Source: Paraspadella gotoi (Eukaryota; Animalia; Chaetognatha). From it: a DNA stretch of 63,612 bases. The translations under genes and the position numbers were made by a program. Location of the stretch: the NCBI GenBank assembly GCA_051294375.1, contig CM119270.1, positions 16,557,693 through 16,621,304 on the forward strand, written 5' to 3'. Below, in pieces: positions 1-11,045 of the stretch; positions within the stretch are counted from its first letter, which is position 1; every line of letters begins with the position of its first letter. The notes below the pieces were generated by a model, which searched no databases, had not been told where the DNA came from, and worked only from the letters and a program-made list of their open reading frames with translations.

Positions 1-1014
1 ACTCGGCGATGATAGTAATGGCATGAAAATGGTTTTATTTTCTAATAATGAGACGAGTAGAATTTACAATATCTTTTAGCCATCGACCGAACAAATTTTC
101 TTTTTGTTTCTTTTTTTTTCTTTTTAAATTTTTCTTTTTTTATTTCGAATCTGGTGACGGAGTAAGCCGAAAATAAAACTTAATCTCTCTCAATGATCTA
201 TGATTTTTCTCGTCGTCAGCTCGTCATAATAGCGATGGGTGTAAAGCGATTATTTTTGAAACATTACAATTTCACCTAGTATTTAGCATAAAATACCCTT
301 TTGAATAATTGTAAATATATGGTAAATATATATACTAAGCATATTTTTTTTTAGGTTANNNNNNNNNNNNNNNNNNNNNNNNNNNNNNNNNNNNNNNNNN
401 NNNNNNNNNNNNNNNNNNNNNNNNNNNNNNNNNNNNNNNNNNNNNNNNNNNNNNNNNNNNNNNNNNNNNNNNNNNNNNNNNNNNNNNNNNNNNNNNNNNN
501 NNNNNNNNNNNNNNNNNNNNNNNNNNNNNNNNNNNNNNNNNNNNNNNNNNNNNNNNNNNNNNNNNNNNNNNNNNNNNNNNNNNNNNNCGAAATTCTTGAG
601 TCATTAAATACAAAGTCGACCATTTTTATTTTTTTGGAACCGAATTTTAAGTCGTATTTAATTGTGAAAAGGGAAGAAGCTTCATTATCTCGGTGCGTCT
701 TTGAAACTAATCAAGCAATTCACGGACAAAATTAATTAAAACTTCTGGTGTCATTTCTAAGCGAATCGAACAAAATCGGAACAAAAAAAAACTAACATAA
801 TCAAGGAACTAAAAAAAATGGCTTTTCATCGTCGAGCGGCTTTTGTAAGTAAAATGTTTTTTTTTTAAATTGTTGTCATAATTGTTTATTCTATAAATAA
901 ATTATTAATTGAATGTTTGAAACAATCGATATGGAATGAAGCCAATTAATTTTAATATCTTACAAAACTTAGACTTACCCTCTCACTTACCCTCACTCAC
1001 TTTCTCATCCTCAG

Positions 1015-1110
1015 AACGAAATGAAACATTCTATGAAAGAGCAAGAGCTTCACGCTCGCGCCGGAAACGCTCTCGCTCACGGAAACCTCGTGAGAGCCGT
1101 CAAGCTCGAG
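1015..1110 (+). CDS. Internal coding exon of an unidentified His-rich protein (NEMKHSMKEQELHARAGNALAHGNLVRAVKLE)
   Basis: Pyrimidine tract plus CAG acceptor ending at 1014 and GAG|gtgagt donor at 1111. The exon is 96 nt, phase 0-0, open, GC-richer than its flanks, and splices in frame to 1307. Confidence 0.65.
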
Positions 1111-1306
1111 GTGAGTTCCTTGTGAACTGATGTCACGTTAAAATGTTAGATGAAGTAACGTATAAACCGAGTTTGTTTATAATTTTTTTCCCTACTTGTT
1201 GTTTATTTCATTGGTAATCACCGCTAATTTCACTCGTGATAATCGTCACGTGAATTTTCACTATATTTCACAATCACGATTTGTTCACTCGTTCACTTCA
1301 CTTCAG

Positions 1307-1477
1307 GCGAAGGCGGCGAAGGAGGGATTCAAAGCGGATCGCGCTCACGACCGAGCCGTCGGAGGATTTCATCATCATCATCATCCTCAGCATCATCATC
1401 ACGGGCCTCACTTTCCCCATCACCATCATCGTGACGGGCCTCACTTTCCCCATCACCATCATCATTATCCTGGTTAG
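1307..1477 (+). CDS. Coding exon with His-rich repeats (AKAAKEGFKADRAHDRAVGGFHHHHHPQHHHHGPHFPHHHHRDGPHFPHHHHHYPG*), either terminal or spliced at 1472
   Basis: ttcacttcag acceptor ending at 1306, in frame with exon 1015-1110 across a 196-nt GT-AG intron. Duplicated GPHFPHHHH unit. TAG stop at 1475-1477 overlaps a possible G|gttagt donor. Confidence 0.65.
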   Translation, partial: AKAAKEGFKADRAHDRAVGGFHHHHHPQHHHHGPHFPHHHHRDGPHFPHHHHHYPG

Positions 1478-4400
1478 TTACTGTTAAAAGATTCTTTCTA
1501 CTTTTAAGGAGACGAAAATCCAGAAATATCCATTCAAAAATTTGATAAAATAAGAATAATAATAATGAAAAAAAAAAGATATACAGTATTATAAATAATA
1601 TATTAAAATATAATAAAATAAATATAATATTATAAATAATAACCCTCTCCCATTAATAATATAATATTTTCATTTTTAGATTATTAAAAACCAAAATTAA
1701 TAAAAAATAATAATAATAATAATTTTTCTTAAAAAATATAGAATTTGTAATAAATAATTTTATTTTATTATTATAAAATCTAAGACTTAAAATAGTGAAA
1801 CAAGTAATTTTGCAATTTTCATAAATAAAATAAAGAACGAAATAAAATATGAAATAAAAATACTTTATAATGTTACAAATAAAACGAACAAACAAATACA
1901 GAATATGACAANNNNNNNNNNNNNNNNNNNNNNNNNNNNNNNNNNNNNNNNNNNNNNNNNNNNNNNNNNNNNNNNNNNNNNNNNNNNNNNNNNNNNNNNN
2001 NNNNNNNNNNNNNNNNNNNNNNNNNNNNNNNNNNNNNNNNNNNNNNNNNNNNNNNNNNNNNNNNNNNNNNNNNNNNNNNNNNNNNNNNNNNNNNNNNNNN
2101 NNNNNNNNNNNNNNNNNNNNNNNNNNNNNNNNNNNNNNNNNNNNNNNNNNNNNNNNNNNNNNNNNNNNNNNNNNNNNNNNNNNNNNNNNNNNNNNNNNNN
2201 NNNNNNNNNNNNNNNNNNNNNNNNNNNNNNNNNNNNNNNNNNNNNAGAACGAATTCGGCGAACGGATATAGCGAACAAATATGACGAAACGAGTCGAAGG
2301 TTCGCTGTTCATAATTCAAGAGAGGCAAAAGGCATCCAAAATTCGGCATTGTAAATTGACTTGGACACGTCGTTTTTTTTACAAAATTCTGACGATTTTT
2401 TAAAAAATTTACTTGGTCTCTTTGTACGTATATATTTGTATTTTTTAACTTGAATTACACGGATTAACAGATTTAACGAAATAGTTAACGAATACATCAT
2501 GCCTTAGAATTTATTTTTCAACAAAATATGACTGCGAGTCGCAGTCTGCGACGAATTTTTCGAGTTAGAAACTGGGAAATTATCTTTTGTTTTTTTCTTA
2601 ATAGATCTCTGCAGCTTCACTAGACGGCTCTAAGTGTTTCAGATGGCATTGAAAGATTTAATTTATAAACAAATGAACCGCGTTAAGACTTATTTTTTTT
2701 TTGGTTAAATTTGCAGTACTTATAAAAAATGTATAGTTAGCCATAATGTATAAAAAAATGTAAGGATAATGCGTTAAACTGGCGGTCGAAAACCGATAAC
2801 TGATTTTCATCATCTAATGTTGAGAATAATATGGAGAGAATAAGGGAGCTCCGAACCCCTGCGATAAGAATTGTTTAAAGTCTCTTGCTGCCCCGGGCGA
2901 GGGTGGGGGGGGGCGGGTTGTGAAAAAAGTTTTGAAAGAGTAAAAAAGGGGAAAGGGAGAGCGGGGAAAACGCCAGAAGGAAATTGGGCCACTGATGCGT
3001 CACCCAAGAAAATGTTTAAAAGTCAAAAGTCCTCATTAGCAGAGAAAAACTGTGAAATCTGAACTGGAAAGAGAGAGAGAGAGAGAGAGAGACCGGAGGG
3101 TGAGATGGAGACATGAAAGCGATAATTGATCTGCCGAACAAGGAGCAGATTTTAATGAGGCACTTGTCTCGTCTCTCGCTCTTCCGGTCGCGTCCCTTTA
3201 TCTTTTCTTTTAAATAAAGTTTACCTAATTCATTTTGTAGTTCATCAAGTGAAAGGAATTTTTTTTTTGGGGGGGGGGAGTTTGTGAAAAATGCACAAAC
3301 ATTTGGTGAAAAGTCTCTGGTCTCCATTTGTTTGAGGGACTTTTTTTTGGAATATGCCTGAGGAAAGAGAAAGGGTGAAACAGAGAGAGAGAGAGAGAGT
3401 TTTTAAGCGGATAATTGACCTATTTTACGCCTAACATGCGGACCATTTTTTCTCATAGTTGTCTTCTCAATACGAACCTCTGTTATCGCCTATAGCGCAC
3501 CATAATCTAGAATCTACACAAACTTTATATCGTATATATACGTTCCGTTATAATTTAAAACAAACCTAAAAATAACGAATAGATATAATATATAAAAGCG
3601 TTCACGGACAAAAGAAATATTCGAGACGAGGAAGTTAAATACGGTCAACACAGATGGCAAAGACGCACGCGGCGCTCGGGTTGCCATTCTCTGCGAACGG
3701 CAAAACGCCACACGCCGACAAGGGACGTTCCCCGCGGCGACCGAGAGACGAACAGACGTCGCCGATTTAGGTCCAATTAAATCGCAGGACTCTTTCACAT
3801 TCCACTTTCAATTCCACTTTCACCACTCTTCCTCGTTCCCCTCCCTCCGTTCTTTCTCTTCCCCCTTTCTTCCCCTCCTCCGCTTTTTGCGTCAATTCTG
3901 CGCCAACCCCCCCCCTCGCGCCACCGCATTGTGCCTCGTTGTCTCTCGTACGCCGCGCGATGCCAATTATCACTTAAATTCGGAAGAAAAAAAAAAAAGA
4001 AAAAGGACGGAGAAAATGGCCGCTAGAAAAGAAAAAAAAACAGAGTCATAATAAATAAACTTTTTTGGAGGAAAAAAAAAAAAGAGGAACCATTATGGAC
4101 AGCATTTGCCGCGGACTGAGGTCCGGGAAAACTGGGGTTGGAAAGGGTACAGGGGGCGGGAAGTGGAAAATGGGGGTGAATGTAGTTTGGCGGTTGAATA
4201 AAAGTGATGTCAATCGTCAGGAATCGCTTCCCCCGGGAGGGCGCGTGCTGGGGGCGGCCCTGCGGCGGTGGCTTCCGCGGGGCGGCCCCGAGGGGCAGGC
4301 AAATCCTTACCGCCTAGGGCGGCCCCCTGTAAGCCTCTTTTTTTGAGCCCCAAGGGGCCACTCCAGGGGGGATCCCCCCTGCGGGCTAGAAAAACCTTTC

Positions 4401-4619
4401 CCCCGGGCTACCCCCAGGGGGATGGATTCCTGCCCCTGGAACGGTCTCTCTCCCTCTATCTCTCTTTCCTTTCTACTCTCTCTTTTCTCTCTCCCCTCTC
4501 TTTCTTTTCTTAACTATTTCTATTTTCATCTTTTCATGTATAATAAAATATAAAAAATAAAAATAAATTATTTTTCACGTTCAATTAATCAATCAATGAA
4601 CCAATTAGCTGCCCACCAA

Positions 4620-5150
4620 TACCAACTTGCATATTTTGGTCACCTTGCATAATTTAGTCAAATGACATTAATTTGGTCAACTGACAAAATTTGCGTCAAC
4701 TGATATAATTTAATCACTTTTAAAATTTGGTAAACTTTTATAATTTGGTTAACTTTCATTAATTTGGTAATTTTTTTTATAATTTAGTTAACTTGCTTAA
4801 TTTGTAAACCTTCTAATTTGCTAAACTTTTATATTTGGTAAACTTTAATTAATTTGGGTAACTTTTTTATGATTTGGTAAACTTTCATATTTGATAAACT
4901 TTCATAGGTTTAATTCAATTTCATTATTCAATCAACTCGCCATAATTTGGTTCAACTTGCATAATATGGTCAATTTGGCCTAGATTTTGGTTCAAACTTG
5001 GTCATAAATTGGTCAACTGTATAAATTGGTTAATTTGCTTAATTAGTCACAGTCATAATTTGGTCAAACTTGCATTAATTTGGTCAACCTAGATAATTTG
5101 GAAACTTGGATAATTTGGTTTAAATTAATTAATTTGGTCAACAATCAACT
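4620..5150. repeat. ~18-bp minisatellite (ATAATTTGGTCAACTTGC-like) inside the hAT-like element
   Basis: Many degenerate taatttggt(c/a)aactt units; the mirror copy is at about 48570-49200. Confidence 0.85.
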
Positions 5151-5328
5151 TAACAATTAGCTAATTATAATTTCATTCAATAGAAATTAAAAAAAGATGA
5201 GAAAAAGAGTGCAAAAAAATTTTTTTAATAATGTTCAAGTAAAAGTAAACTTTTGTTTCCATTAAAACTTCCGACTTTCACTTGCATACTTTTCTTCCAC
5301 ACACAAAATTTTTTCTTAATTCATTTAT

Positions 5329-5756
5329 GAATTGGTACAACCAATTATAAAAATTATCCATTCATTTAATTAAATAAAGCTTATCTTTGACCCCTGACTT
5401 TGGACAGGCTTTGGTCGCGTTTAAGGCCTCCATCAACTCTTTACAAAGATAATTGACATTAGCAGGTCCCTGCAAGCCTTCAAACAGACTCTCTCACAAG
5501 TCCGTTTATTCACTCCAGAGTACCTGGCTTCCCTATCAATTGAAGTGGAAAATATTTTCAAAAGAATGTTTCAATTGTATGAAAAAGACCACTCCCTTAA
5601 GTATTAGATCGGGAAATACTTATTGTACTCCGCACTAGCATCAAAATACAAGGAGGCTAAATTTTATTGAAATTGGTACAACCAATATAAAATTATCCAT
5701 TCATTTAATAAATAAGCTATCTTGCCCCTACTTTTTGGACAGGCTTTGGTGGTTTA
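5329..5756 (-). mobile_element. Twister-containing short retroelement, 1.25-mer (period about 341 nt)
   Basis: ttggtacaacc recurs at 5332 and 5673. Flanked by tttatgaa (5324-5331 and 5753-5760). Absent from the matching position of the second hAT-like copy. Homologous to 10098-10302, 52428-52730 and 55258-55549. Confidence 0.8.
5382..5451 (-). ncRNA. Putative P5-type twister ribozyme (indel-noisy copy)
   Basis: Minus strand reads GAUGG AGGCCU UAA ... AC CAAAG CCUG UCCAAAGU CAGG, enclosed by an AUCUU(U)G/CAA(A)GAU stem. Confidence 0.6.
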
Positions 5757-7737
5757 TGAAATTTTAAATAATTAGGAATAAGGAGTAGGGATGGTTTTAA
5801 TTTTTTAATTAAACTTATAAAAAATTAATTAAATAAAAAATATTAATTGATAATTAATTATATCAGTTTTTAAGTTCTGCTCCCATATTAGCATAAACTC
5901 CAATTTATTCGTGATTAAATAAATGGATTGATAAAAATTTTATGTGTGGGTAGAAAAGTATCAAGCTTGTGGGGAAAATTTGGGAGCTAGATATAAAGTT
6001 TTTGCTCACTCTCTCTCTCAAATCGTCAGCCTCTACTTAACAACGTGAGTTCATTCTTAAGCAATCTTACAAACTTATGATTATTAATTACCAAATCTTA
6101 TATTAAAAAAAATGTTGATTGTTACGATGTTAGAACTCATTTAATGTTGCATGAATAGTTTTTATCTGTTTTTTTGGGGGGACTCCATAACTGCATTTAA
6201 GGGAGGTCTGTCAGTGTCAACTGCTATTATTTGTTTGGTGATTTATTTAATTTCTTTTTAAAAATCAAAATTATGAATATTTTTCTTAAAAAATTATGTC
6301 TCTCTCTATCATGTCAGTCTCATCAAGTATATCATCCAAACAAAAAAGAAAGAAAAAAAAAGAAAAAAAAAAAGAAAAAAGATAAAAAAATAAAACAATG
6401 ACTGATTAGCTTTTTACCATAAATTTTCCTTGTGCTACCTCCTTACATTGTTTGTTAAAACTTGTTTCTATATCTTTTAACTTGAAATAAAATAATTGCG
6501 CGTATAAAAAATACAAATATTTATAATTTTTAGATAAAATAATGGAATAAATTGAGTTAACAATAATTTGAAAAATGTATTTATTTAATTCAGTTACATA
6601 AAACAAGTCTTGAAGAGAGAGAAAAAAAGAGAGAGAGAAAAAAAGAAAGAGAATGAGAAAAAGAAGAGAGAAAAAAAAGAGAGAGAGAAAAACAAAAGAG
6701 AAAGAGAAGAGAGAGTAACAGACAGGAAAAAATATTTTCAGATATGATAAATAATCAAAAAGTATATTTTCTCATCTAAACTTTGCTCTCTCTTTAAACT
6801 CGCCCCTGGGGGAGCATTTTTTGCTCCCCAAGGGGTTACCCCCAGGGGCAGACTTTTTTTGCCCATGCGGGGCTAAGCATTTAGGGGCGCCCTAAGTAGA
6901 CCCAAATGTTGCGCGCCCCATGGGGGAACCCCCCTGGGCGGCCCCCCTGAGGCAATCAGAGGGGCGCCCCTCAATGACCATTTTGCTGCTCCCCCTGAAC
7001 AGTCTGCCCCCTGGGGCCGCCCTAGAGCCGCCCCGTGGGGCGGAGGATTTTTGGGAGATGACATATCTTCAAAGTTGAAATGAAATGAAGTGAGTGAATG
7101 AGTACAAACCGGTGTCGGGGTTGGGGTGGGGTTGGAAATCAGATTGTAATGATGTTTTTTTTAATAGTGGAAAGTTCTAAATCTTTTAAATCTCGAGTCA
7201 TGCGTTATTTTTTTTTAAATAATATTCAAATAATGAATTTCCTATGCCATTTCGGAAATAATTAATTGGTAAGGATCATCCGCTCAAAGCCGTGAAAGCT
7301 CAAGTGATTCTGTGGAACGATCGAAAATCGACAAAATTTGATCCTTGAGGAACAAAAACAATTTGACAACGTGGCGAAGAAAAGCGTGACGAGCGTTACA
7401 GAGTTTGACAAGCGTGACGTTATAGTGAAGAGAAAGGGACCGAATAATTTCTTAAAAAGCAATTTGAAATAAATACGTTCGCCGAAGAATTAGATTAGGT
7501 TAAGTTAATATTGATCTTGTTAATATTGGTAATTTGGTAGAACATAAAAAAAAATTCAGTATTTTTGTAGTCATAATGTAAAACTGCCGATAAATTTTAT
7601 CTGTAAATTGATTTATTAAATCGGCGGACATAAGCTAAGCAAGGAATTTAAGAAAATAAATAAAAATGGTGGGCTTTTTTTAAAATAAACGCTACACCGA
7701 AAAATAGAAGGAAGCTTTTACCACCAATTACCAGCCA

Positions 7738-7772
<35 letters not shown>

Positions 7773-7774
7773 CA

Positions 7775-7805
<31 letters not shown>

Positions 7806-7930
7806 GCTCTCTCTTTCTTTTTTTTTCGTCTATCAGCTATCCTAATGGAATAACGATAGCTCGAAGGCCTGTTCTAGATTTCTCTCGCTTTAAACTGATA
7901 ATAACAAACGTTAAAACGCTCTATCTTTCT

Positions 7931-7983
<53 letters not shown>

Positions 7984-8516
7984 TCTCTCTCCTCTCTCTC
8001 TTTTCTTTCTCCGCGAGCGAGAGAGATAGAGATAGCGTCGAAAGCGACTAGCGTTGGGCAATAATCAATCCGCCTAAATATTTATTCAGGATCGAATAAA
8101 AAAAAGCCCAACCGAAAATCCGCCATGAGTCCATTTCTTCTGAGAAGAAAAGAATTTTTGAGAAAAAAACGTAAAATTATTTTTTTTTAAAATAATTTTT
8201 TTGGAGAAAAGGGTGAAAGCATTTGTAGTGCAGATAATTTCACAAAGAAAGCGATGGCCTAATGATTTTTACAGTTTCCAAATCTGCTTTAAAAAAAAAA
8301 GACACGACTGATTTGTTTAATTGCATTCCATACATTGAATATTCTATCGGCACCAGATTTTATATCAGGCACATTTATATCTACGTTCAATCGCCTACAA
8401 CGTAATCCTCACGCGCTACCCTGTAATACAATATCTTCGCACTCATTGGGAACATACTTTAAAGTTCTGCGGAGGATTAAATACATAATCTCGTGTTGTT
8501 CTTATCATCGGATACG

Positions 8517-8566
<50 letters not shown>

Positions 8567-9466
8567 GCGGTAGATATCCAGATATGTTTATTCAAATCTT
8601 CACCGTTGATCAACTCCTCGTTTTGATGCGCATATTATCCAAACATTTTTTATCATTTTTTATCATTTTATCATCCACCTTTTTCCACATCGACACAAGA
8701 TAGCGCGGAATTCGATTTTCGTGTTTTTTTATTTTTTTTTGGTCAGACGGTGGGAGAAAAACAATAAGACTATGTGAAAAAAATTATTACAAATAAATAC
8801 TTTATCCCGGAGAAAAAAACCTTTTCATTTAGCATCTAAGGGTTGACTGTAAAACAATTTTAAGTACGGCGTACTTTAGACATTTTCCCTAACCATCGTC
8901 TGAAAATAGTTTGGCCATTTTTTTTAAAATCCATTTTCACCTCCATTTTTTTATTCCTGTTTTTCTTTCTGGGGTCAGAATGAGATTCGAGGGACGGAAA
9001 TTCGATGCCCATCCATTGGGCGTCGACTTGTATTTCTAAATAAATTCCAGGATTTTGAGAAATTAAAAAGAAAAACGAATTTATTGAGACCAGAAAAGAA
9101 AAAGAAGGAAAAAAATGCGAGGAGGTAAAATGAGAAGCATTGAGCTTATAAAAGACTCTCCAGTTTATATTGCGTTTAAGACATTTCTGTCGATGTATTT
9201 GCTCAAATACGTTTAGCTGTTGTTACCGTTACACTAATAAATCGAGGTTGGAATTAACCGATGCATTTGTAATCAAGTTGATTTAAATTATTTTCATTTT
9301 AAGTTACATTTTTGTTTAAATTTTGATTTAAATAATAAGTTTTGTCTCGAACGCATTGTTGATTAATCACCGGTCCTTATATCTTTCACGCTTGCAAGTC
9401 CTTTGCCATCAACGGGGCGCCACTCCACAACTATCCACCTCCCGCCTAAAAATCAAAACAAAAGGA

Positions 9467-9530
<64 letters not shown>

Positions 9531-9646
9531 TCTTTATCACTCCCTCTCACTTCTTTCTCCCTTTCTATCACTCCACTCTAGACTAAAACTTCCTGCCTAT
9601 AAGGAAAGACTTCCAACCAATACTTCCTTCCATTTACCTACCCCCT

Positions 9647-9723
<77 letters not shown>

Positions 9724-10097
9724 TTCCCCAAGAAGATTTCCTTTCTCCAATTCCAGTAGCGCCTCCCCTTCGCCGCATGAGGTATCGAAATCCTTAATCC
9801 CTTCTCTTCTTCTTCCTCTTCTTCCTCCTCCTCTTCCTCCTCCTCCTCCCCTCCCCGCATGTGGCATTGAAAATGCAAAACCCGTCGATAATATTTATAA
9901 ACCAGCGGGAACCTTCATACCTTCTCTCGTTGGTGGGTTTAAATTCCGGCGAATCATTTTTCAAAAGCTGATTCGGTTTTACTTTAAAATTGAAATTCTT
10001 TAAAAAAGGGCAAGGAACGAAATCGAAATTGTTAAACTATTACCGAAAAAAACTTTTTACTCTACTCCATATCCTATTATATCTAGCTATTAAATCG

Positions 10098-10302
10098 TAT
10101 ACCACTTCATGGATAGGGAAGCCAGGTGCTCTGGGAGTGAATAAACGAGACTGTGAGAGAGTCTTGGTTGAAAGCTTGCAGGGACCTGCTATGTCATTTT
10201 CTCGTAAGAGTGATGGTGGCCTGAAACCACCCAAGCCTGTCCAAGATAACTTAGCCTTACTTATTAAATGAATTGATAATTTGGTTGAACCAATTTCATA
10301 AA
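10098..10302 (+). mobile_element. 5'-truncated copy of the twister-containing repeat; ribozyme broken by a ~12-nt deletion in L4/P4
   Basis: Reverse complement of the 52.4-kb copy. Reads gagtgatggtggcctgaaaccacccaagcctgtccaa|gata and ends ccaatttcataa. Confidence 0.8.
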
Positions 10303-10712
10303 ACAATTTCGAAAAACATAAATAATTCATTTTTCTTTTACGGTTTTCTACGAAGGTAACAAAAAAAATACCACAAGCTTATCTCAAGGTACANNNNNNN
10401 NNNNNNNNNNNNNNTAAGTTACGCGGAAGTAGGATTTTTTTTTGCTAAAAGGTTGGATGATTTTGATTAAAAATATCATCTTGATTTTTTCGTTAAAAAT
10501 GGCTGAAAAAAAATAATATGGAAGAAGATTGTATTTAATTACGCGGACGTGTTACGTATTACATAAAATTCGATTGCAAGTAACTCATTCTTTCATGTTT
10601 ACAACTAGAATCAACGATTCCCTGTTTCATTTTCCCCTCAACAAAAAAAAAATAAAACCCAATTTTCCCCACGAAACCAAAGAGGGCGCGAGCGTTCGCG
10701 AAGTTCGTGCGT

Positions 10713-10852
10713 CGCGTGCGTCAACGTCACGACACGTGCGACCCTTAACGGACACGCGTCGTTCCGCTTTCGTGCGGACGAGTTGGAAATTAGTGCTTAC
10801 AAGTGCAGAACAGAGGAAGTTGCACGTGCAACGAGGAAAATATGCACGTGCA
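10713..10852. promoter_or_regulatory. Cluster of bHLH sites (CACGTG x3, CACGCG x2) plus an Ets-like AGGAAGT; candidate enhancer
   Basis: cgcgtg 10713, cacgtg 10733, cacgcg 10753, aggaagt 10814, ttgcacgtgcaa 10820-10831, tgcacgtgca 10843-10852. Confidence 0.3.
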
Positions 10853-10964
10853 AAATTTGGTCGATCGCGCGCGGATCTTTCATTGTTTATTTTTTGCGAG
10901 CGGGTTTTTTTTGTTTTGTTATTTGGCCGAATGCTCGTGCGAAGTGGGAGAGAACTCAACTTTG

Positions 10965-11045
<81 letters not shown>

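Larger units (their letters stand above)
4202..7070 (+). mobile_element. Non-autonomous hAT-like DNA transposon, copy 1, carrying a nested twister-repeat insertion
   Basis: Reverse-complement match along its length to 46809-49867. Short imperfect TIRs (aagtgatgtc ... gacatatctt), GC-rich subterminal GGGCGGCCCC-like repeats, flanks gttgaat (4193-4199) and gttgaaat (7074-7081). No transposase ORF. Confidence 0.75.

Noticed and set aside
9990-10271. Similar peptides IGKPG.LGVNKRDCERVL.ESLQG in ORFs 9990-10271 and 52465-52689
   Set aside because: Explained by nucleotide identity between copies of the twister repeat. Starts differ, other copies are frameshifted, and there is no recognisable domain.
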